64,000 nt of DNA, taken from assembly GCA_024679065.1 (NCBI GenBank), contig JAGIQG010000009.1, positions 99,510,001-99,574,000 of the forward strand, read 5' to 3'. Shown piece by piece: positions 41,015-53,783 of the stretch. This DNA is from Sphyrna mokarran (lineage: Eukaryota). The stretch's first letter is position 1. Every line of letters starts with the position of its first letter. The position numbers were made by a program, and so were the translations under genes. Below the pieces are notes generated by a model. It saw nothing but the letters and a program-made list of their open reading frames with translations, was not told the DNA's origin and did no database searches.

Positions 41015-41041
41015 CTTTTTCTTTTGAACGCAAAATTTGCG
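41015..41041 (-). CDS. 27-nt phase 1-1 micro-exon (A)QILRSKEK
   Basis: gcgtttatttttctgcag|CGCAAATTTTGCGTTCAAAAGAAAAAG|gtaagt; consensus donor. Confidence 0.85.
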
Positions 41042-41639
41042 CTGCAGAAAAATAAACGCAAGTTACCTTGGTCAATGGATAAGAAAACTAGAAAATAAAA
41101 ACTAGAAGATTTGCTTGAACAGTTTGCTACAGGACTGAACGTGAGCAAGGCAGCCAAGGAAATGCCACTGAAGAAGTCTCTTCCGTTCCCAAACTCAATT
41201 GCATTAATTCCATCTGTTTCTTTAAGTTTATCTTTCAAAAACAGAATTCAACTGAGAGGTAAGATAACTCATAACATGTTTAAGTTTTGAACTGATTACC
41301 AGCAACCAAGGGGTTATGGGGGTGAGAGGTGAGGAGTGAAGGGTGGTGGGGGAGCGGGGACGACATGTACTCATTGCTGCAACTTGCTTTAGAATTTACC
41401 CTTGGCAATAATGAACCCAAGGAATTTAAATTCTATTATTGGAAGTGAAGCTGCAAAATAGAGGAACATTGAACCTGCAATCATGCAGTATGTTTGAGGG
41501 ATTATTCAAGACTTTGGTACAAAACTGTTTTATCAACAATTTAGAATTGCCAACAAAATTCCAAATTGCCTCGGAAAAATGTCCACTCCCTCAACAGTTT
41601 CTCCTTTATCTTGTGTCATTTGTCTAAAATAGAATTGTT

Positions 41640-42720
41640 GATTCACCATCGCGCCTTGGCTGGGTTATGCCCTTGTTTTGTGGGAAATGTATAATATGTG
41701 TTCAGATTCTACTTACGCTCCCTCCAGCAACTCATCTTTCATTGCAGAGATGATTGTATACGTGTGGCTTCATGCTCTTTACTTGAATTTAGCTTCTAAT
41801 GTCTGCCCACTCTCATGTTTACTATCACGTTCCACACTTCATTTCCCTTCCGTGATCTGTCAATCTCAATTTCCGGTGATGAACTGATTTGGAATATTCA
41901 ATGTGGCTCACTCAGTCCTCAGACGCTTCAACTACATCTCCTCCGCATCTTTTTAGGATTCCAGCACATCCTTTCAGTTTTTCTGCCTTTATCGGATATG
42001 TTTCGATAATGTTCCTTTCCAACCAACTCTTCTGACATGTTTTTTTTCCTGAATCCGCTCCCCTCAGTGCTCACAATTATGCTTACCAAACTTCCCATTA
42101 TGAGGCCCTCATCCCTTCTTATCATTGCCAAATACTGATGTGACTCCCTTTTCACTATTCCAGTCTCTGAATTGAGAATCCAATGTTCTGCTATTTCCAC
42201 CAACTCCAGTTTGCTGCAACAACCAAAGAAATCCTCCTCTCACTACCGGCAGCGTTGTCCAGATGCAAGAGACATTCCATCCATCACGTCTATTAGTTGT
42301 TAACTTCCAATGGCAACTTGCCATGCAATCCCAGAAGGCACAACGTCTGTCTCGTTATGTCCTTGTTCCTTGCTGTCAAAGTGCCCAAGCATTCCTTGCA
42401 GGTGAAGTACCATTTCACTTGCAGCTCTTTACATCTATTCTACTGTATTCTCTATTCCCAATGTGCTCTTCTCTACCTTGAGAGTGAAAAGCTGACTGGA
42501 TGGCTGATTTATGGAACACTATCGTTCAGTCTGCAAGCCTGACCACCCATTCTCGTTTCTGACCTGCTGCACTGTGCCAGTGAAACTCAGCGGAAATTGA
42601 GGAACACGTGAACATCTGTCTAAACACTTTACAGCCTTCGAGACTCAACGCTGAGGTCAGCCACATCAGTCAATGAAATAGCAACTTCGCCTTGACGCAC
42701 TTTTTGTGCCATCTATCACT
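41640..42720 (+). mobile_element. Penelope-like element remnant (RT tail plus GIY-YIG endonuclease)
   Basis: LQVKYHFTCSSLHLFYCILYSQCALLYL (about 42390-42480) is a decayed VYCIxCxxCxxxYIGET GIY-YIG motif. Confidence 0.75.
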
Positions 42721-42869
42721 TGTTTCTAAGTTTTGTTTTCACCGAGCTCTGGCTGTGCTATAAATACATTCCGCTGTTCCCTAATGTCAGATTCAGCACC
42801 TTCTTTCAACATTCAGACTATCCAGAGTTCTCTTTTATTTTGTCCCGAACGTCTTATGCCAATCTCATA

Positions 42870-44600
42870 GACTCGCAGAGTCATAGTATTTTTAAGTGCA
42901 AAAGTACGCCGTTCGGTCCATCGTGTTTGCACTGACCATCAAGCATCTATCTATTCTGATACAATTCCCAGCATTCAGTCTGCACCTTTGCATGTCATGC
43001 TGTTTCAATGCTCATCTAAATGTACTTTTTTTAAAATGTTGTGATGATTCCTATCTCTGCTGTGCTTTCTGTACCAGATTCCCATCCTGCTCTCGTGGAA
43101 AAAAAATTCTTCAAATTCTCTCCAATTGCTCTGCCTCTTCCCATAAATCCATTGCCCCTTGATGTTGACACATCTAATAAGTGTATAAGTTGCTTCCTCT
43201 CTATCCAACCTAAATCCCTTAAATCTTGTGCTCTAAGAAAAAACAATTCTAGCCTGGCGAGCACCATTTTAATAGCTAAAAGTCTTTGGTCCAGAATTTC
43301 TTCTACAAACTGTCAAGTTACATTCGTATCCTTCTGAAAGTGTGACGAACATAATTTCAGGCAATATTCTAACTGCGGTGTAATGGACTTATGGGCATTT
43401 CCTTCACAACATCTGTGTTCTATCAGTTTATTCTTCGGCGAAGGAAGACAATTATCCCAGGGATGAACAATCTGTTTGAGTGACTCACAGAATGGTCTTG
43501 GATCCATTTTATCAGGGCCTGGGTATTTAGCCACGTCCGAACCTGTTAGAACAATTATTATGCTTACTCTCGGTTCTAACCTATTCAATTATGTCACAAC
43601 CCACTGCTTGATTTGCATACCTATATCGTCCTCCTCCATAGAGAATACATATGCAAAGTACTGATTTAAACCTCATCATGCTATTTCGGCTCCAGGGTCA
43701 TTTTGATTCCCAATGGAACCTCCTCTTTCTCTCGTCAGTCTCTTATCCTTAATATATTTATGTAGCATCTTAGGGTTTTCCTTATTCTGATCTCCAGTGT
43801 TTCTTCATACACCATTTCGCTCTCCCAGTTTATTTTTCATGAACAGTCTTGCACTTTCTATGATCCTCCATAGCTTCTACTGTTTACCTTCTGCTCTCTA
43901 TATTGTCCTTTTAGACGACTTATCCTGTCTCGTGGATTTTCCTACAGCTCCCAACAAAATTTTACCAGATTCTGCCTTAACATACAAGATCAGATTTTCC
44001 AATTCTGAGTCTTTAATTGCAGTTTGTCTTTGTCCTTTTCCATAACTGTTCTAATCCTTACCGAGTTACAGTTGGGATGAAGGGTCAACGTGTTGACGTG
44101 TTAATGTCTGTCTGGTATTATTCCCGAAAATCAGGTGGAGTAGCATGTCGTTCCTTCTACATGCTGCCTCAAATAACTCATCTAGTTGCTCTTGAATAAT
44201 TCCGTCCTTCTTTTTGGTAATTTTGCCTGTTCCAGTTAATAATTGTGATTTGAAATCCCTTCATATGTTTACACTATTATTCTTGCACTTGCCCGAGATT
44301 TCTCTCAATATATCTGCTCTGCATTCATTCTTTTTTATTTAATTCCACCCATATGGCCTCAATTGAAGAGCCTACTGTGATAGCTACTCTCTTCACTACT
44401 GGAATTGACTCCTATTATAATATGACGTTATCCTTTACACGCTGTTACATGCCGGAGGTTTGCATTGCTGCCATTTCCTTAAACATACCTTTGTGTTCAA
44501 TAACGTTCATGCCACATATTTGTCATTTAATGCCTTCAATTGAGATGCCTTAGACCTAAGACTCCTTGCATTTAAATAAATGTCCTTCTGCTCTTTTATG
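42870..44600 (-). mobile_element. Degenerate, internally deleted CR1
   Basis: 3' tail near 42870; PQLEYC and KYPGPDKMDPR remnants in ORF 43313-43588. Confidence 0.72.
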
Positions 44601-45365
44601 AAAATGTCTACCTTCGCTCTCCCTGTCAGAATCACGTGGATTTTTTTTTCGTATTTCATCACCTGTCACTGTACCTCCACTGCGTAAAATGTTCCCAACA
44701 AAATAAATCTGTTAGTTCTAGGCTATGCTCGATTTTCTGATCTGTTGTAGCTGCTCAACGCCCTTCATGCAGTATAAAGCCTATCTTTTTTTAAATCTCT
44801 GTGCAAGAGGGAAACGGACTCAAAATATTAGCAATGTTTCTGCCCCCACAGGTGCTGCTAGATATGTTGCGTTTTCCCGAAACTTTCTGGTTTTATCAGA
44901 AAAAAAAAACAATTTATTTGAAAGTTTGATGAATTCGCAATTATGTTTGAATTTCAAAGATATGTCATTTTTATATATCGACAGGTGACATATATTCACG
45001 GAACTAAATTGGAATGTGTAACTGATTTGGACAATGCAAAATTAAAGCAGTTTGTATTTTCGGTTTTGGTTTTTAGAAGCAGGCTTTGCTGTGGATAAAT
45101 AACACTGAATTATCTCGCCTTTTCCTCAGAAATCACAGCATAGATAAGTTTGTACTTAAAATTGGCAAACTACTCCTCATCAAAACAAGTCATCAGTGCT
45201 TGCTCAGGTTCGAATCCCAGCTTATTTTCACACAGTGTAATCGACAACGTCAATCTTCGTTCAAAACCCAGCACGTGAAACGATGCAACTCCATTTGTTT
45301 CAAGTGCGCTACGTGATGTTCAATTCCAATTCAAACAGGAAAATACTCTAAACGAATCGCCTCAC

Positions 45366-45401
45366 CAGCAGACCGCAGCTGTGCGAGTAGCTTTTCTATT
45401 T
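45366..45401 (-). CDS. 36-nt phase 1-1 micro-exon (E)IEKLLAQLRSA
   Basis: tgtctatctctattaccag|AAATAGAAAAGCTACTCGCACAGCTGCGGTCTGCTG|gtgagg; paralogue of 10583-10618. Confidence 0.85.
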
Positions 45402-46107
45402 CTGGTAATAGAGATAGACATGAATAACAGTTTGCTTTATTGCAAGGATTGAAGACGTCATGACATCTCTATTAAAACATAACAACAGAAACAATGCACA
45501 ATTGGGGGGGCGGGTAGTGAATTCACTTCCTGCAAACGCACACATTTAAGGTTATATTTTTTCCAACTGCAAAGTCCGTCAGCCGGGGATAAAGATTATT
45601 GTCAACGAGCTCTTGCCGGCTTGTTCAACTACCAACCAAAAATTCATACCCAATACTTCTGATTTCGTGGGTCATCAGAACTAAAACTCCTTACGAGTGC
45701 AAGATACTGTGTGAAATTTGTTCCCACATATTTTTTACAATTCCGACTTTTTCCTTGAGTGAACCGTTGAACCGTTAATTGATGGTTACATATTGTCATT
45801 AAAGAAAATCACAAATATAGCGACATCTGTTAAAAAATGTGGGTGCCGATTAAAATGGGTGGGAATTATGCATGCCCCGTTCTGCTCCTAACTAAGGTCA
45901 GTCGTGAGAAAGACGAAAGTGTGGTTCACCGATCGATTTGATCTCTAACATTTGACAATATTTTTCACAGGTATTTGTCTTGATTGGCAAATTTAGCATC
46001 TTCACTTTCACGTAACTGGTTACACCAGTTCAGGATCGCAGGGAGACGGAATCTGCGTGTGAGAAGCATTTGGCATAGATATAGTTTGGCCCAGGACAAA
46101 CACTCAG

Positions 46108-46136
46108 ACACAAACACACACACACACCCACCCACC

Positions 46137-46174
<38 letters not shown>
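46108..46174. repeat. Compound (CA)n/(CACC)n microsatellite
   Basis: Directly visible. Confidence 0.95.
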
Positions 46175-46175
<1 letters not shown>

Positions 46176-46209
46176 CTTTGGAGATTAAGATGATATATGC
46201 CGAGATACA

Positions 46210-47340
46210 GTGCGATATAGTTCAGTTACAGATACGGACGGAGAAATGGCAGTGTTCAATTCGGGCATGAGTCTTCTGCAACACATAGGGAGACTAAGTA
46301 TTGACGTTAAGTATACAGTAATGGCAGGATAGTTTGGAGTTCACATCCATCGTTCCCTGAAACTGGCCAGAGAAGCAGATATTGTAGTAATGAAGGCTTA
46401 TGACATGTTTGATTTGAGTCATCGGCTCATTGAGTAAAAACGTCAAGATGCTGTATTGGAGCGCCAGAAATCTTCGGTTAGGCTGCAGTTAGGGTATTGA
46501 GTTCAATTATGTTTTCCAGATTTTTTTCCCGATATTCATTGGGTATGGGCATCGCTGGTTGGCAAAATATATATTACCCATCCTTAATTGCCCGTTGGTA
46601 ATTCAGAGTCAACAATACTGTTGTCTCGATGGAGTCAGTGTAAGCTAGTGGTGAGGTCTGCAGATCCCTTCCCTAAAGGACATCAGTGAACTTTTGGGAT
46701 TTTTCTGCCAAAAGATAATGGTTTCATAGCCATCAGTGGATTCTGAATTCCAGACGGATTTATTGAAACCGAACGCGGATCCTCAGAAAATTAGCTGTGT
46801 TGCTACATTAATAAGTTATCGGTAGTATCACTCGGCCAATGACGCCTCTAAATTTCAGGAAGAAAGTGGACGCTTTGGACAGGGTGGAGAGGATGTTTAT
46901 TGTGATATTATTTAGATTAGAGGATCTGAGCTCTAATGTGAGAGTCGGCAGAAGAGGGCTTTGTCCCTGGAATGTTGGAGGTTGAATGGAAATCTGAAAG
47001 AGGTCTATAAAATTATGAGAGGAAAATACACTTTTAATGGTCAGAATCTTTTTTTTTAATCCCTAGAATCGAAATATCTAATAACATGCATCAAACACTG
47101 AAGTTGAGAGGGGAAAAACTCAAAGGGGGTCTAGTTTCTTCGCACAGAGAGTGTATGTAACACGCTACCAGATGCGGTGGAGGCAAATTCGATAGGAGCT
47201 TGTACGTGGATTTTAAGTAAGCACCTAAATATTCAAGGTATAGACGAATATAGACCAAGGACAGACAACAGGAATTAGTTTGATTTTGCATCGGCGCAAA
47301 ATTGTGAACCGAAGAGTTATTTCTGAGGTGTATAATTCAA
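46210..47340 (+). mobile_element. Degenerate CR1 3' fragment with a short repeat nested at about 46520-46850
   Basis: RT-tail remnants resume after the nested segment, which resembles the LINE end at 61630. Confidence 0.7.
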
Positions 47341-48219
47341 TGTTCTCTTTTATGTTGAATTTACATGTTCTAAGAAATCTAAGCGCATAATTAAAATCCA
47401 GACATATATGGAGAAAACGTGCAAAATCCAAACAGGCGTAGTTCACTCAGGCGCATATTTCCTCTCAATCAAATCTGCCGTGATTCAACTTGAATAGAAC
47501 ATTGTAATAAGGTAGCAACATCCCGGTTTACAAATTGAAAATGTGGGGTGCAATGTCAAAATAAAACAAAAAATAAAATAATGGTTTGACTGATTTGAAG
47601 CTGCGTCTGATGTTACTCAGAATATTGATTATTAGAAATGGCCTGTTGACATCGCAATTGGAAATTCTGATCAGAAATTATGTTTTACCGAGCATTTCAC
47701 ATGAAAATGTATTGCCCTGGCAGACGTGCAACTAGTTTACCAGGAACATAGAAGGTTTGGTCATTTCAGTGGAAATAAAATTTAATAGGATGATCAACTA
47801 TATGTATTGTCGCTCCCCAAATGAAAGTTTATGTTTTTTACAACTGTGAAATTCCGTTCCTTCAGATTTTAACAATTTTGGGACAATTCAACAAATAGAA
47901 CAAATGTTTGATATTTGTAACCTTTGCTCTCTTTTCAGGTTATCTTCCTCTTGCTTTCCTCACACATTCGCGAGACATAGGTCAGGATATTTCGTAGGTG
48001 GGTTGGCTACATCGAGGTCAATTAATTTGAATATGAGCTCCCTGGTTCATATAATTATTACGTGACGTTTATTTGTAAATGTACGGAATCTGGTGAAGGG
48101 ACGCGAGCCCGAAGGAAGTTATTTCAATGGAGACGAAGACAAATGAGCGGAGAATCCCTTTTATTTTTGCCTTAACAGCCAGCTTTAATTGGGTAAACCA
48201 TTTTAGCAATCATGCCTGG

Positions 48220-48555
48220 ATAATCAGAAGCTTTTTTTGATTGTTCAGAAGTATTCTCCCGGGCTGGAATAGTAAATTACCAGGGTGCGTCGGTTTTAAT
48301 TGCGAGAGGCAAGGTTTAAAGGGAATATAGAGGCAGCTGTTGTTGTACAGAGGGTGGTGTTTGCCTGGAACTCGCTGCCAATGAAGATAGTGGACGCAGG
48401 TAGGATAGTGTTTGGGGGTGTCTTGACAAAAACATGCGTAGGATTGAAAAAGAGAGATATTGTTGCAGGAAGATGAGGGCATTTTCGTTCAGGCTGGCAG
48501 CATGGTCGGTGCAAACTTGGGGGCCGATGGCCCTGTTCCTGCGCTGTTACTTTCT
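48220..48555 (+). mobile_element. CR1 3' end
   Basis: cagagggtggtg...tggaactcgctgcc...gggccga...cctgttcctgcgctg 3' UTR signature. Confidence 0.8.
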
Positions 48556-48564
48556 TTGTTCTTA

Positions 48565-51500
48565 CGTCAATCTTTTGGAAACGGGACGCTTTTGACCCTT
48601 CGATGGGAAACACGGTCCAGTATATGGGAAGGTGCATTATTTTTTGGGAACTAAAAGCAATGTGGCAGATGAAAAGCAAACTTTTTTTCTGACCACTTTT
48701 AGATCACCCGTATTTTCTATTATTTGCAATTCAACTTTCCTGGTGGCACCAGGTATTAAAAGTTTCTAGACATTGGCGGACATTCTTCTGGAACTGAGAC
48801 GATGCTGGTTTTACTTAAAACGTTGGGAGACAGAAGATTATATTATGCGTTTCCAGAAAAAGAACAGTGCAGAGCAAGATCAACTTAACGCGAGGCTGTT
48901 CCACTCAAAAGTCTGATAGCAGCAGAGAAAAACGTTTCTTGATTCAGTTGACACGTGATCTCAGATTTTTGAATCATTCTCCCGGTGAAAGAAAGTGGTA
49001 GGGAGTATGTGTGGAGATGAACATGCTGGCTGTCTTTGTGTTGCAGCAGTGTCAGTGGATGGGAGGCTGAAATGACTGATGGACCGGACTTCGTTCACGA
49101 CCCTTTGTAGGTTATTGTGGTTTTGGACAAAGCAGGAACCATATCAAGCTGTAATACAATCGTAAAGAATACTCCCCTCGTGGCATCTGAAAACATTGGT
49201 AAGAGTTACAGCAGATGTGCCACGATTCCGTAGTCTCCTGTGAAAGTTGAAGCTTCATCTGCTTTCTTAACTAGAACATTAACAAAGCAGGTTGTCGCTG
49301 ATACGGTCATCTAAAAACTTGCAGCTCTCGCCCATTTTTACTCATTCCCATTGATATAAACAGGGGCATTACTCCACTACGCTTTCTGAAGTCGATAATT
49401 ATCTCCTTTCTTTGATGACATTGAGCGAGAGATTACCATCCTCAGACAAGAACATCATTTTCTCTACCTCATTCCTGTGCTTTCTCGTTATTGTTTCAGA
49501 TCTAACACACACTGATTGATGGTGTCATCAGCAAACTTCAAAATCGAGTTGGAGGGCAATATGGCCACGAGTCGTAGGTGCATAAGGTGTATATTAACGG
49601 GCTACAAGTCTTGAGGATAGTTGTGGAGGAGATGTTGGTGTCTATCCTTACAGATTGCGGTCTATGGGTTAGGACATTCGAATCCATTCGCAGAGGGAGG
49701 AGCTGAGCCCCAGGCCATGAAGTTGGGCGCTGAAGCCCAGACTGTAGTCAATAAATTGCAGTCTGTCATACGTGTCTTTCTTATCTAGGTGTTCCAGGGC
49801 TAAGTGTAGGACCAGTAAGATGGGACCTTCTGTGGACCTGCTGTGGTGGTGGGCAAACAATAGTAGTTTCAGGCAATCTCGGAGGACAGAGATAATTTGC
49901 GCCATGACTAGCCGTTTGGAGAGTTTTATCAGCATGCTGGAACAGAGTACAATGGAAAAACGTTAAAAATTTTACCAATGTGGCCCCTTATCTGGATGTT
50001 CTCCACATAAGATGTTCTCATTACAGATAAAATAAGGAAAGTGGAAATATAGCACCTAGAGGAAGTTCTAAGTTATTTTTCGAGGACCAAATTGTTGTTC
50101 TTAATACTTAAACTGAAATAATTCCATCAAAACCATTAAGAGCGGAAATTTGTGAATATCACTGATCATAAGCCACTGCAGGAGTTACTAGGAGGCGACA
50201 AAGTCATTCCCTTGATAGCATTGACCAATATCCAGTGGGCTTCACAATTGGCCTCCTATACCCATCGATTGGAACACTAACCAGGAGGCCGCGTGGCAAA
50301 CACAGATGCTGTGTAAGTTGCCTTTGGCAGACACTCCACTGATAGTAGGAAAAGTGGAACAGATACAATGGCCAAGAACCTCCTGGGTACCCTTCCGATA
50401 ACTACAAATTGTATTTGTACTTGGACATAAAATAATCCATTTTTTGCAAACCTTCAGACATTAGTACTCTCCCATTTCCAGCTGTATTGAAAGAGAAGAG
50501 GGCAACTCATCGTAGAAAACGGTTTACTGCTATTGGGGGAACAAGACATTTTTGTGAGTTAGAGCTGCTGTTCTATACTGGCTGGACTACTCACGAACAA
50601 GATGAAGTGTACAAAATGAAGACGTTGGCAAGAAGCAATGTTTGGTGATCCTGAATGAAAGCAAGCATATCTACGCTTCTAAAACAGAAACAGCAAAGTC
50701 GGAATGGAAAGAAAAGATATTGCCATTGGCTGCTCACCTACAGCGATGAAAATGGCTCCTTAAAACATAGATTAGGTTTTACTTGGATTCTGTAGGCTTA
50801 TTCAAGATCCCAATGGCTCAAGTCATGGTCATTGCCCAGACTAAGACGATTGACAAAAATAAGACGTGTCTAACCACCACGACAGTAACGGTCGAGAATT
50901 TGTGCACTCCGTTGCAACATATGGCATCCTAGACGTACTGGTATGTGAAAATGGAACATACTTTGCCAGCCCTCAGTTAAACGGGATCATGAAGTCGCAT
51001 GGCCTTCAAAATACATTGATGACACATTGCCATGCATTACCGATAAGCTTCTTGGAGAGCGCGATCCAAATGCTAAAAGATAGTTTACAAAATACATCTG
51101 GCAGCCTCAATGGATATCAGGTTCTCTCCTTGGTGAGTTGATTACAGGACAAATCATACACCATTATGGTAATAGCGTTCCAGAATTGCCCATACAAAGA
51201 CAACGGCGCTGTAGATTGATCTTGATCTTGCTCAGAGTGGGGAAATGTGGAAATTCAGCATCATACGCAATGCAGGGTTCGCAACAGCAATAGACGGGAG
51301 AGACATTTGGCGGCTGGTGAAAATGTAATGGTGACCAATTTCCTAAATTGTGCTGCATAACTACCAAGGAAAGTTGAATCCTACACAGATTCGTTATCCT
51401 GCAAAATACGCTTTGGAATTCCAAACATCTGGATCAGATGCAGGCCTTGAAATCACAGTTCGTTCAGAGGCCAATTATGCCCAGAGTGCTGAGAACCAAA

Positions 51501-51790
51501 GAACATCCTCCTGGCCGGCCACCTGAGTTATCCGTCACTAGCAGTTACTGATTTGGAATCTGGAATGGAGATTACATATGAAGTTGTTCCTTTGCCCGTA
51601 TCTCTCGAGGAGTGGAGCGAACCAGAACACTGGAGCTCATATCAGAAATGTGCGCTTGCTCAAAGAACTATATCCCTTCTGCGCTGAAGTCGAAGAAACT
51701 GACCCAGAGCTGAAGTGCCCCAAGAGACCCGTTGGCGGGCGAACTGCCGAGGTTCCATGGACATTAGAGGGCACGGTGATAATGAATTGA
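48565..51790 (+). mobile_element. Decayed Ty3/Gypsy retrotransposon internal region (gag start, RNase H, integrase), interrupted by Rex1
   Basis: gag-like start at 48570; TDHKPL RNase H motif at 50161; integrase core YGILDVLVCENGTYFASPQL (50866-51141). LTRs not recognised. Confidence 0.75.
48870..49965 (-). mobile_element. Rex1/Babar LINE RT and 3' fragment
   Basis: LLFAHHHSRSTEGPILLVLHLALEHLDKKDTYDRLQFIDYS matches the Rex1 RT motif; FADD near 49525. Confidence 0.88.
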
Positions 51791-52079
51791 AAAAAAAACG
51801 TTGTCTCTTTCGACTATGGTTGAAATGATGATTGCCTGCCCCACCAGGGAGTCTCATCTGTACATGCATAAGGAGGAGTGTCAGAGCTAATGACAATCTC
51901 GATGTTGAATTTGTACCCCAAACACTCCTAAGTGGAATCAAGTTTGCAACTAAAAGGAGTCTGGTGAAGGGACAAAGGCCACTGAGGAATTATTTCACAC
52001 TCCCACAATTGAACAGTCATCAGCGAAGGCATTCAGCCCACATGGCCTGCATCTGATCAAAAGGGAGGCGGAGAGAAAG

Positions 52080-53783
52080 CAGTAAAATATAGTCAAGCTA
52101 GCCTAATGGTATTCCAGTGATATTGAGAAAATCTATTAACAAAATCATAGCTCAGTATTTGGAAAGCAATGACACAATCAGACAAAGTCAACTCGGATGT
52201 TGTGAGAGAAAATCATGCTTTACCAATGTATTGAAATTCTGTGAGGGTGCAACTTGTAGATGCGATCCTGTCGATGTGGTCTATTTAGACTCTTAATAGG
52301 CTTTCAACAAGGTATTAGACTATAATGTGAAGTTAAAGCACATGAGGTCAAGATAGTACCTTGAGAAGGATCAAAACAATTTTCGTTGGTAGAAAACAAA
52401 GCATTAGCATAAATGATTATATTTCCAATTATCAGGCAACAACCAATGTGGTAACGCACGTATTTGCACTCGGATCTCAATTGTTTGCATTATGTATTGA
52501 TCATTTAGAAGAAAGAACAATACATTAGAGGAGGGAATTCTGGAGTGTATCAGAATTGTTTTCTGGAGCTATCCATTAAGGAAACAAATTGGGAACAGGC
52601 CGTCTTTCATTGGGTATTGTCCAAAGAGGAAAAAATGTTGGAAATCTCGTTATTGAAACGAGTGACCATGATATGATATAATTGCTTATCAAGCTGGATA
52701 ATGATGTAGTTTTTTCTGAGCCCAGAGCACTGAATTTCACTGAAGGTAACTATGTTGGTCCGACCCATAAATTGGCCCTGATGCTCTGGGAAACATTACT
52801 GGCAAGAAAAATAATGGACACACAATGGCAGGCATTTAAGGAATCAATTGGTGAATTCCAGATGTTTATTCCTGTTTGACTTAAGAGTGCAAAGAAAACT
52901 GTGGCCAAACCATGACTTACAGGGGAAATTATAAGTAACAGTAGATTTTTAAAAAAGAAACATACAACTGGCAAGTAAAAAACAATAGGCCTGACGATTA
53001 AATATAGTTTTTAAAGCAGGGAAGGCATAAGAAGGGGTTGCTTCAGAATAAGGGAAAAAGAGTGTGAAAGGAAATTGGTTGGGGAATATAAGAACAGACT
53101 GTAAATTTTCGATAGACATGTAAATGAAAAGTATTGATAAGAACGAATAAAGGCTGCTTCAGGTCAGAGATGAGTAATTTATAACGGGAAACAAAGAAAT
53201 TGCCGCGGAATTACATTCATTCTTGCTTCAGTCTTTACAAAGGAACACATGAAAACTGTACCAGAAGTTCTGATAGAAACACGTTTCAGTGAGGAGCCAA
53301 AGGGAATCAGCATTAGGAGGTAAATGGTTTGGGGGAAATTAATGGGTTGGAAGATGAATAAATCACCAGTGTCTGATAATCTTCATCCTAGAGTGCTCAA
53401 GGAAGTGGTCCTAGAAATAATAGATCCATTGGTGGTTATTTTCCAAAATTCTTAGGACTGTGACTGGCTCCTACAGATTGGAGGATAGCAAATGTAAATG
53501 CTCTTCAAAAAGACAGGTAGAGAGAAAATGGGGTCCTATAAAGCAGTGAGCCTAACCTCAATAAGGAAGTTGTGAAGATTCATTTTCAAGGATTTTGTAA
53601 CTCACCATTTGGAAAGCAGTGGTATCATCAGACAAAGTCAGCAATGTATGTTGTGAGGGGAAATTATACTTCACCCATCTATTTACAATGGAAAATTCAT
53701 GCTGGTCGAAGCTATTAGACCTCTTTGAGGATTTAACTAGTAGAGTTGACGAGGCAAACCAGTAGATGTGGTATATTTAGATG
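52080..53783 (+). mobile_element. Degenerate CR1 ORF2 fragments; the RT continues at 59225-59720 after the LTR insertion
   Basis: KSP..D.LHPRVLKEV, DWRIANV and PVDVVYLD just left of the LTR; F.KAF...IKMHGIAGNILRWIE just right of it. Confidence 0.85.

Noticed and set aside
45207-45218. Perfect tRNA B-box GGTTCGAATCCC
   Set aside because: No A-box or cloverleaf around it; not a tRNA gene.
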